The notes beneath the pieces were generated by a model. It saw only the letters and a list, made by a program, of their open reading frames with translations. It was not told where the DNA came from and did not search any database. A DNA stretch of 64,000 nt from Takakia lepidozioides (lineage: Eukaryota; Plantae; Bryophyta): positions 64,108,001 to 64,172,000 of the forward strand of contig CM060731.1 in assembly GCA_030704615.1 (NCBI GenBank). The letters run 5' to 3'. The position numbers and the translations under genes were made by a program. Positions 25,221-36,300 of this stretch are shown here, in pieces; the stretch's first letter is position 1, and every line of letters begins with the position of its first letter.

Positions 25221-26041
25221 TTGCTCTCTTGATCTCAGCCTCTCTCTAACCGATGTAAAATACAATGATTTCCTCCTCTTCCGAACTGAACAAGGAACCC
25301 TCTCCAGCTTGACTTCCTCTCTTCCTCTAAGAAACAAGAATGATGAACAGACTCGCTTTCTTCCGGGGTCCCTTCGTTTTGGAAGTGTCCCTGGAACCGT
25401 TCGATTCCCTCTTGCGTGTCCAATACTTGAACGTACGTGACAGTGAAAATAGCGTAACCTATTTGGACAGCTGTTCCTTTGCGCGGTTGTTTTGGGTTCT
25501 TGGCGAGTGCAAACATAAATTTGACATGTGTTTTTTTTGTGACGGCTTCATTAACATCACTGTTGGACGTCATGGATGAGAATTCTCGAAGTACTTGCCA
25601 TGAGGCCTACTTCGGATTTAATGGAATATGCGTACATGGAGAGTTCTGGGCCCAGGGATTGCATGATCTTGAAACCATCCACATGATCAGACATACTGGA
25701 TATAGTCATGGCCTGACAAATGAACTAATTACTTCAATTCTCTTCCCATCATCCCTGCATGGGATCCTCAGGCTGTCTTCAAGGAAGTCGGCGGGTTTTT
25801 ATTGTTTTGGGGAGACCCCCACAACTAGATGGATTATCTGTCAGCATTGCTCAGAAGACAATACAGACTGCATGTCACATCTGTCCCACATTGATTAGAT
25901 GGAATATCATAATATGCACAATCTTCAAGGAACGGGTGCTTCCGCCTCATTTCATGTGCAACCAGTGTGTTGCATAGCTGAATCATCTGATTTCGCAAAG
26001 GAGCAGCTGAGGAAAGAGAACCCCCCGCTCGGGGACGTAAC

Positions 26042-26579
26042 ATGGCTTCCTCCGAAACAAAGTTTTATTCTGACGACAAACCAGTGCCTTTCTCCAAAGA
26101 AGCACTTGACAATGGATTCGCGATTGTGACGAAACATGTCCTGGCTACCCGGTTTGAACTTTTGAATGGGTCCATCTTCTTGGAGAAAGAGGTGTACGAT
26201 TTCGACGGGAAGTTGTTGAAATACTCTTTTCAAAATCGTGATGAGACGGCTCATGTGAGCCAGTGGAGAGTGCGCCCTGGTAGATACAGAGTACTTGGAG
26301 AGCCTTGGAGAAAGTCCCTTGGATCATATGTGACGCCTGGGATTGCTGCTTCAGTCGTTGAAAACAAAAGGGAGGTGGTGGTGAAAAAAAAAAAAAACGT
26401 GCTAAACTCCAATCGTTGAGCTTTTGGATTCGTCCGATGATGACATTAGTGAAATTCCAACTCCAGTCCTTTGTACTGTAGTTGTGGAAGCGGATGAAGA
26501 AGACATTTGTAGTGTCATTCCAAAACTACAGGTGATGGGAGGAATGGCAGGTTTCAAAAGTGAGTTGCGGGGAATTGAT
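26042..26579 (+). pseudogene. 5' fragment of the Mutator-like transposase, copy 1
   Basis: MASSETKFYSDDKPVPF...GGMAGFKSELRGID, collinear with 39799-40333; frameshift in an A-run near 26390. Confidence 0.85.
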
Positions 26580-26739
26580 GAGCATTGGTTGACCACCTAT
26601 TTCATAAGAGAGGAGACTCTTGTCACAGCAGGAGTAACTTATGTTGTGACTTCACCCCGAAGGGCTATTATATCTTCTACTAGGAAGGTGGACACCTTCT
26701 CACGACAGTAATGGGGACAACGCCGTTGCCCAAACATCC

Positions 26740-29491
26740 ACTCAGAAGTGGAGTTGACCACAAGATTGAGGTGATATCGGGATCGGAGCCGTCTGCCAAT
26801 GCGCCCTACCGGTTGAGCCACAGAGAGTTGGTTGAGCTGAAGACTCAGCTCAAGGATCTAATGTCAAAGGGGTACATCCGGCCGAGTAAGTCACCTTACG
26901 GAGCCCCGGTGCTATTCGCAGACAAGAAGGATGGGACGCTACGGATGTGTGTTGATTACAGGGCCCTGAATAAGGTGACTATCAAGAACCGGTACCCTTT
27001 GCCAAGGATCGACGACCTCTTCGATCGGTTGGCAGGAGCGAAGTATTTCAGTCGGATCGATTTGCGCTCCCGATATCATCAGATCCGAGTGGCGGAAGGA
27101 GATGAGGAGAAGACTGCGTGCGGACAAGATATGGTTCGTATGAGTTCTTGGTGATGCCTTTTGGGCTCACCAACGCACCCGCGACCTTTAGCACGCTAAT
27201 GAACAGCCTTTTCCAGGAGTGGTTGGATGACTTTGTGATCGTATACATCGACGACATACTGGTGTACTCGAAAACAAAGGAAGAGCACCTGGAGCACCTC
27301 AAAAGGGTGTTCCAGAAATTGCGGGAAGGGAAGTTGTATGCCAAAATTTCAAAGTGCGAATTCGGGGTCACAAAAGTGGAGTTCCTGGGACATGTGATTA
27401 CACAGGATGGGATAAAAATGGATGACAGAAAGGTGAGGGCGATCTTGAACTGGGAGCCTCCGACTTTGGTCCCGGGAGTGCGATCCTTCTTAGGACTCGC
27501 CTCCTATTACCGAAAGTATGTGAGAAATTTCGTCAAGATCGCGGGGCCGTTGTCAGACCTTCTGTGTAAATCCAAGGTATGGGTATGGAACACATTTTGT
27601 GGCCAAGCTTTTGCCGAGTTAAAGCAGCGGATGGCTGAAGCTCCAGTCCTCAAAATCCCGGAGTTCGACCACCCATTTGAGATTCATACGGATGCGTCGG
27701 ACTTCGCGATTGGAGGTGTACTCATGCAGGATGAACGTCTAGTGGCTTACGAAAGTAAGAAACTGAATGAAGTGGAGTGACGGTGGACAACGCACGAGAA
27801 GGAGATGAAGGAGGTGGTGCATTGCCTTGAGCTTTGGCGCCACTATGTTGGTTCCAACCCGGTGAAGATGTTCACGGACAATGTCACGGTGAAGTATTTT
27901 GCCACGCAGCCTAAGTTGTCCCCAAAACAACAGGTGGCAAGACACTTTGGCGGTGTTCGACGTGGATACCCAGTACAAACCGGGACGAGACAATGTGGTG
28001 GCCGATGCTTTAGGTAGAAAACAGCAGCTCATGTTAGTGTACAAGGGCGAGACGGCGCTCCAGAGGAAGATCCGAAAGGCTTACCGGAAGGATGAGATGA
28101 CGAAGTCCGTGATGTGGGGATTAAATCGCAGTTCCACTTGCAGAATGGACTACTCCGGTATAAGCAAAAACGTCTCTATGTGCCGATGGGAGGGATCAGA
28201 GATAGTCTCTTGAGAGAATGCCATGATGGCCCGCTTGCGGGCCACGGCGGAGCCAAGCGCACCGCAACATTCTTGAAAAAAGAGTATTTTTGGCCCAAAC
28301 TAAGGGAGGAGGCCGAGGAGTATGTCAAGACATGCACCACATGCCAACAAAACCGGAGCGAGTACAAAAAGCAAGCGGGGCTGTTACAACCCTTGCCGAT
28401 TCCAGAGGGATCTTGGGAAAGTGTCTCGATGGATTTCATGACTGCTATGCCGCTGTCAAAAGGATTTGATGCAATCATGGTGGTGGTGGATAGGTTCAGT
28501 AAAATGGGCCATTTCATCCCCACCAAGGAGACGGCAACGACACAGGAGACGGGGCGACTTTACTCCGCCCACGTTCTCAAGCATCATGGACTCCCGAAGG
28601 ATATTGTCTCGGACCGCGATCCAAAGTGTACAAGTCTTGGAGGGCACTTTGGAAAAAAATAGGGACGAGGCTCAAAATGAGCACTGCCTTCCGACCTACG
28701 ACGGACGGCCAAACGGAAAGGGTGAATTCCGTGGTGAAGCAGATCTTGCGGAATTACGTGTCGGCAGACCAATCGGATGGGTGGAGCACTTGGATGCGGC
28801 AAAGTTCTGTTATAATAACACCAAATATTCCGCAATGGGAGTTTCCCCCTTCGTATTGGTTTATGGAAAAGCACCTCTGGTGCCGACAAGTTGGGCCGCC
28901 CAGGACGTTGAGGAACCGGCAGCAGCGGCAGTGCTGGAAGAATGCGGATGTTTGTTGAAGCTCGCAAAGTACAACATTGCCAAAGCTAGGAAACGGTATG
29001 AACGACAGACAAATCGGAAGCGGATGGAGGTTAAGTTTGAGGCAGACACGGAGGTCTGGTTGAATATCAAGAATTTTTGACTACCTCCGGAAGTGAGTCC
29101 GAAGTTCGTACCTCCGTATGCGGGACCCTTTTGCATCCGGAAGGTTATGAATGAGGATATGTATGAATTGGAGCTGCCGGCAAACAGCAAGGTGCATCCG
29201 GTATTCCACGTCTCCCTTTTGAAGCCTTACTTCAAAGATGAAGCGCGTCCGAATTGGCCTCAAGTGTTGCGTCCGCCACCTGTGCTGTTGGATCATGAAA
29301 ATGAACTTGAGTACGAGGTGGAGGCAATGCTTAAGTCGAGGAGGTTCAAGAATCGAGAAACGGAGTATCTCGTGAAATGGAAGGGCTATCATCATGTGGA
29401 GGCATCTTGGGTGCGTGCCTCAGAAATGAGGAACGCATCCGAGGCGGTTGCAGCTTTCGAAGGGCGGCCTCAAAAGCGGAAGAAGCGTTGA
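26740..29491 (+). pseudogene. Ty3/gypsy chromovirus pol (RT-RNaseH-integrase-chromodomain), frameshifted, 5'-truncated
   Basis: [28 protein letters not shown] integrase zinc finger, SMDF/SDRD, YAGPF, HPVFHVSLLK, chromodomain EYEVEAMLKSR...EYLVKWKGY. Confidence 0.95.
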
Positions 29492-29525
29492 TGGGGACAT
29501 CAACCTTGGAGCGTGGGGGAGGAAA

Positions 29526-31106
29526 TGCATGCTTAGCCCGGCTTAGCTAGCTCAGGAATCCGATTGCAAAAACTTGTATTGTACAAATTTTGTTATAAAT
29601 GAAATGGTTTCCAAATGTTGTGCGTCCTATTTTGTTTGGAATGGTGATGCATGGTATGGTTGGCTAGTGTGTAGAATGCATGTTAAGCTTACAAAGAGGG
29701 AGAGGTAAATTGGATTAATCGTGTGTTTGTGTAGTGCCGAAATCGGGTGACTCCCACCCAAGGGGCAAGGAAACTTGCACCTTCGTTGGGAGTTCACGTG
29801 CTAGTGCGCACCTGGCGCGTGCGCGTACTATTACTGCGCTACCGAGGGGGTTGCCTTGTAGTGCGGGCTAACGCGGAAGCTACGTGCTTCCGTTCACGTA
29901 CTATAATCGTGTAGCCTCGGGACGAAGTCGTAGTGCGGCTTCGGCGTGTTCCCGTACCTCAGGCCAGCATTCCAAGGCGAACCCAATTGTAATGATTGGG
30001 GCGCACGGTTGGTTCAAGGTTATCTTCATAGTAAAAAAAGGGCTCAAGGCGAACCCTTGCTCAAGGTGATGCCAAGAGTGACATCACGAGCGGTCGCAAG
30101 CAAATGTTGTTGCAGTAAGGCGATTCGATCCTCGGGGAGGATCGTTCCTTGGCCCTGAAGTGGGTCAAGAAGAGTGCATTGGGAGGAGATTGAGAGGCTC
30201 CACCCTTGGCCGGGACTTGGAGGAAGTCGGCCGAACTAGCTAGTGGAGAGTAGAATCAAGTGGGGGTTTGGTTCTTAGCCATGGGCTGCCATGGTGCAGA
30301 AACAAATTCCTTGATGTGGGACGCCACAACTTGGATGTTCGTTTCTACAAAATGGACAAGTCGATGAGGACATCGACTCCCTATTGGTAGGGGTGTGTGT
30401 CGCGACCCTTTGCCTCGAGGGCAAGGGGTCGGGACGCAGGAGGGGCAGCCCCTGTGGTGGGGGCAGTGGAAGCGATAGGTACGGGGGGCTGAAGCACCCT
30501 TGAGTGCCTAAGGCACTCAAAGATGCAGATGCGCTCACTAGGTGGAGCCCCGCACACCGAGTTGCGGTGGGGGTGGCTCCACAAGGGGTGGTGGTAACTT
30601 AGTGATATGACTCACCATGGGGGCGGAGACCTTGTGGTGGGAGTCGTGGGGAGTCTTGGGACTCATTACGGTCCAATGAGATCGTGGTGAGTGGGCCAAG
30701 ACTCACCGCGACTCATCACCTGGAATCGAGGGTTTTCGTGGTGGTTCGCCATAAAATAGCATGGTTGTTTGTGAAACCCCCACGGACAGTCACAGAAGTA
30801 TATATAAGGAGTAGTAACCCCGAGAACGGTGCAAGCCCGTTGGTGACCAAAAACTAGTGAGTAAGCGTGCGATCCGGAAAGCGACCAAGGTGTGGGGAGC
30901 TATTCCGGACTGCCATCGACCAAAGGGAATTTCCACTAGGCCCAAATTGGGAGAGGGTCTTGTGGAGGAGTAAAGGGGGACCGTTATGTCCCGGTGAGCA
31001 GCCGAAGCTCCGAGTTGGCCCGACGGCCAGTTAGGGAGTTAGGCGCGCGCATCAAAGCGAGTAACTATGATTTGAAGGGGAGCTTACCGAAGCGAGATCC
31101 TCTGCA
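29526..31106 (+). mobile_element. 3' LTR of the chromovirus (about 1.58 kb)
   Basis: Preceded by PPT GGGGGAGGAAA (29515-29525); TGCA...TGCA termini; TATATAAG near 30800; MULE-A sequence resumes after 31106. Confidence 0.7.
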
Positions 31107-31326
31107 TCAATATCTGCAAGTTCCGATTTCATCAACATGTCAAGACCTCCATGAATGGTCCTGAGCTTTGTGCCACATGTGATCGAGGGAGATCCCTGAC
31201 GTCAATGTTCATTTGCCCACTGTTCCTGGTCATCCGGCGATTGTGGATAGTGTTCAAACAGCTGATTGAAGCTACACAATCTATGCACCTGCAACCACCT
31301 AGGCTTGTTGCGATTGTCCATGGGCT

Positions 31327-31930
31327 TTAAAGGGTAACCTGTGCAACCATCAAACCCGCGTTCTTCAATTGATGAAGCCAAATCTGAAGGAAGGGCTTAT
31401 TGTGAAGCTCAGTCCAAACAACATTGCTGATAAATTCCTCATGTCGTACATTCCTTTTGAAGCCTTTCGATTTCAAGTTATCTCTATACCAATAGTGGGT
31501 TAGAACAGGACCCACGAGTTTGCTGATCAGCCAATCAATTCTCCTGCCATTAAGCCTTTGCTTTCCCGAGCGTAAACGAGCCTTCAAATTTCCGTGCCAA
31601 GATTCAATTGCGGCATTAGTATCCTGACTTGCATGGGGAATATTACGAGCCCCCATGATCCACATGCTCAGTTTTGGAACCCATTCCATTCTGATGTAAT
31701 GTAGGAAGTCATGCCCAAGCGGATAGGAATATGCAAATCTTCCAGTCGCTCCAGCGCCCACTTTTCTGGGGTGACTCCCACACATGCGTTAATGCCGTAC
31801 ATTACGTCGCCAAGCTGTTTCAAAACAACATTGCGAGTGTATGGATCGGGCATCTTACGCCACGAATGTTTCAGCCAAGCGCGGTGAACATGCCAAATGC
31901 ATAGAAATATCGCTGTCTCCAAACGATTCC
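31327..31930 (-). pseudogene. MULE-A transposase, 3' exon
   Basis: IFLCIWHVHRAW (CxxH) and QDTNAAIESWHGNLK (catalytic E); continues the frame from the donor at 43981. Confidence 0.8.
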
Positions 31931-31964
31931 CTGCACGCACACACATCAAATGCCACCCAATCCA

Positions 31965-32616
31965 TCAGTGTAACTCCTTGCAGTGTAACTCTTAGCAGTG
32001 TAACTTTTATTAGTGTAACTCTTCGCAGTGTAAATCTTAGCAGTGTAACTCTTATCAGATGAACTCTTAGCAGTGTAACTCTTCGAAGTGCGACTCTTAG
32101 TAGTGTGACTCATGTAACCCCTCGTGCATCCGGCCATGTAACTATCAGTGAAACTCACAGCAGTGTAACCCAACGCATATAATCCCTCGCAGCCCTGTAA
32201 CACAATCCATGTTACACCGTGTACTCTCAGAGCGACCCAACCTATATAACCCTCTGCGATGCTCCCAGTGTAACTCACAGGCTATAGAAGTGCAACCTAA
32301 TCCATGCAAGACTGTAGATGACACGCTGTGTAACTCCCAGTGTAACTCGCAGTGTAACCCTCTGTCTACCTCATAGCAGTGTAACCCTCGGTCTAACTCA
32401 CAACAGTGTAACCCTCCGTCCAACTCAAGGCAGTGTAGCCATCTGTCTAACTGATAGTGTAACCCTCAGTGTAACAGACAGCACTGCAACCCAATCCATG
32501 TAACCCCTCGAGTAACTCCAAGTGTTACAAGCAGCAATGCACCCCCTCGTGTAACTGGCAGTTTAACTCTTACTGTGATTCTCAGTATAATTAGCAGCAG
32601 TGTAGCCCGATCCATG
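31965..32616. repeat. Intronic CAGTGTAACTC tandem array of MULE-A (same GTTACA core as its subterminal satellite)
   Basis: Repeated agcagtgtaactct units; the array continues at 43916-43980 on the other side of the nested element. Confidence 0.85.
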
Positions 32617-33316
32617 CAGGGATGCCTCGGCGTGAGCCTGGTCACGTGAGCGCGTGAGCGCAACTGCGCTCACGCCACGTCACCTTGCGCAAATGCCACG
32701 TCACGGGGCTCAGTCCACGTCATCACACGTGAAGGCCGAGTCACCACGCACCCAGAAAGAAGTGGAGTGTATTCCCGCGGATTGGCACCCTTTACCGCGG
32801 AAACAAGCTGGACGACATAATAAAAGGCATTGAATAAAGGATGGATGAATGTACAGTTGGATGATAAACAGATGGATGAGTGTGGAAAATGTATGTAGAT
32901 GGATGAATGACGGATGGATAAGAGTAAAATGGATGAATGTATAATGGATGTTGAGCAATGACAAAAATTCATGACAGGAAGATGCATGACCAAATCTTTT
33001 GACGAATGCACAAAGTATATGAAATGAGTGTGGAAGGTTTGTCGGGTTTAGGGTGAAAGAGTACAGAGGATGAATGTACAATGGATGTTGTACAAAGGAA
33101 GCTTTCATGAATGGAGCACGCATGAATACAGTGTAGATGAATGCACAATGGATATGAGAAGAGTCAGGAAGGTTTGTGAGATGGATTCATACATATAGCA
33201 ATTTAAACGAAAGTTGATTCTGTGATTATTATTTGTTCTAAAGGAACAACTACGGTAGAGGAAGGGGATTCAACGTTTTCCAGATAATATGAAAATGAAT
33301 ATTAAAAGAATACAGT

Positions 33317-36300
33317 TCAGTCTGACTCAGAGTCAGTACAATGTATCCCCTCTTCCTCTGCATCTAAGTATAAGTATTTTAGAACACCGGATCCACGCTG
33401 GATACACCTACGACTGGCCACTAAAAAGTCAGGGGATAGGGACTCGGCCGCGTGAAGTGCCATTGCTTCGGCATAAACAGGGAGCAGAAAATTGGAAAGG
33501 GGGCTGTCGAAAACAGACTCGCCAGAAATGTGTGTATCTCCTGAAGATCCACCGCTGGTTTTCCTGAAAGACAGCCTGAAAAAGTTATTACTGTAACTTT
33601 GATGTTATCGAGAAATTGAGTATGACTCCCAAAGAGGGTTTAGCACTTACTCACATGAAAAGTCGTTGTCGACCTGCTTATCTTCGGGATCGTCATCATT
33701 TCGAATTTGAATCCGATCAGTCTGTGTGCCTGAAGTGGAGCCAGACAAAAGGGGGAGGAGCACGGTGTTGTAGAGGTCAGAATCACCCTCCATGCCAAAA
33801 AGGCTTCTTCCGCCTGCCTTGCATGCGTGGTAAGTTGCTCCTGCACCAGACAGGAGAACATGAACAGTTTGGAGGGGGGGATTTAAGCAGATGAAACTGT
33901 TGAAAGGAAACCAATTCGGAAGGGAAAAAACGAACCTGTGGACACAGAAAGATCGACCACCCGTGCAGAGCGGTGGCTGCATGACTCCAGCAGTATTTGC
34001 ATGAATGCTGGTGACTTTTCCTTTGCACCTCTCCAGGGAGTGCCATCTGGTCTCTTCAGAGTCTGACTGGACTGCATGAAGTTGTACAAAATGTCATCGA
34101 CATGGGGCTCATAGGGGGGGTTGACGAAACAACCCTGGTCAGAAATCTCAAAGCTGCGGATGGAGGATGGTGTCTTTGATGTGCGAATCCTCCGCAGGCA
34201 GATCGCCTCGAACATCCTCGTCTGCCAAAGATAGCAGGTTAGTGTGGTAAACACAATCTAAAGTGGAAGTGTGTACATCGGCTATTCAGAACTCTGACAC
34301 AAAAAAATCATGAATCGTTGATGATCGGTGTCGATCATAAACATTCTACTAGAGTGGAGCTGCAGAGAAAATTGAAACTCATGATCAAAGCACAAGCAGA
34401 AGGGAGACGGCATACCAGCTGACCAGGGAAACCCCCTTTCACAAGGTAGAGGCTGTTCACACAATTCCATGTGCGCAAAACTTCAAACCCTGAAGACTTG
34501 AGGTATGATGCCAATGCCCGACGACTATCATTGTCACATGACTGAAAAAGCAGAAGTGTCCCTGCATCAGAGAGGAAATTGTTACAGAACCCGAACACCC
34601 AACTCCAGTAGTTGTCCTCGAATTTGTTCCAGCCTGGCGTCTTGCCCTTTGGAAGAACTTCTGGCACAGCCTGGCCATCCGGGATGTCGAGAATGACAAT
34701 GTCGGCCGCATAAGTTTTCTGCACACCGCACACGAAGGTGGGACCTGTGCTCACCTGCAACAGACATGTTTTTTATAAGAACGATGGCAAGAATGTTTTC
34801 AAAGAACGAGACTGAAATACTGCCAACGAAACTTTCAGAGAAAAGGAAAGAAACTGGAATTCTCACCAGATTGAGGAATGAGATTATATTGTCCCAGGTA
34901 GGGGATGGCATCTCCTCTCTTTCGACTCTGCATCATCGAAAGCCAACCCTCATTAACAATTTTCATCTCTCCTGCTGAATCAGAACGGGAAGGGTGTGGC
35001 TTGGCATCGAACACGCACTGAAGAGTGCGGGTATATTTCCAGCACTAAAGTCCTGCCCACTCTCCATCTCCTTTTCATTCTCCTTCCCCTTGTCCTTTTC
35101 CTTCTCTTTGGACTTGTCTTTGTCCTTTGGCTTTGCTGGTGAGATGGCTATGACATCAACAGCCTTGTCTTTTGGTTTGCGGCCCGCCTTCTTTCCCTTC
35201 TGCGGCGTTCCCTGAGCATCAGGCTCCTTGGCAGCCAAGGTTGCTATGTTTCGTTGATACTCTTCGTCAGTCAAAGGCGCCAGCATCTCAGCGTTATTGT
35301 TCAAGTATTTCATATGCTGTTCTTGAAAGGTCGTGTGCTCAGGTGGGCAGTCAAGGTACCACCCACAGTCTCTGAAGTGAGAAGGACTCCAGTCCTTCAA
35401 TATCCCTGCAGTATACATGGTTGGATCGTTTGCAGGGTCCGACCACATGTCAAGATAGTCGGGAATTCCGCTCAGGTGATTTCCTTCCATAAGCACATAT
35501 TTCGTGTACCTGAAAAAAGGAGATAAATCCCAACCCACAAAAGCGCTCAGTGAGTAAGATGCAAGTAGAACAGAAAGAATAAAACATGGATTGAAATGGC
35601 TCTGACAACTGCTCCAAGGACCTTTCAGGACCACACTACTGCTCCAGATATGAATGTCGTCAACGCCATTCAGAACATTCCATTCCATGACACTGTAAAT
35701 ACATCCTAATCCAGGTGAATGCAAATAATCGATTAGAAATGACACAGACATAGAAGTGAATGTCGTCAACGACATTCAAGAATGAAGCCAAATTATTACT
35801 TAAATGAAGCAAAATCACAGGATGGAAATAAAAAAATTGAGTAAGGAACCATCCAGGAAAACTCAATGCACATTCATAACGAACCTATCACTGAGGACCT
35901 CACAACATCACTGTATGTGAATGGCGTCAACGCCATTCACAAAAATACAAAAAAGAAACCAATTACTTAGCTCCCCAATCCATGTAAATTGAATTTGTCG
36001 CTTTTGAATAATACAGACACAGCTGTGAATGTCGTCAACGACATTCACTTTGGATTTTTTAAAACAGAGCTTATCAAGCCTCCACATTCATCGCAAGAGG
36101 AAAAAACAATGCAGAACAACTGAATGTCTGCATTGACATTCAGCAAAATGAAGTGAGGAACCCTCACTGTAACCTCTATGGACATTACAAAAATTTAAAT
36201 AACCTTGAGGACCTCTCAACAACTCCGTATGTGAATGTCGTCAACGCCATTCAAGGACATTATCAATTCTAATCAGGGACAATATAATTGCACCCTTAGA

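Larger units (their letters stand above)
19775..26579. mobile_element. ParB/MTase-cargo Mutator-like transposon, copy 1 (left part only)
   Basis: Starts CAGGGATGCCTTGGCGTGAGC like copy 2 at 32617. Same gene order and homologous exons; breaks abruptly after the SELRGID codons of the transposase. Confidence 0.85.
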
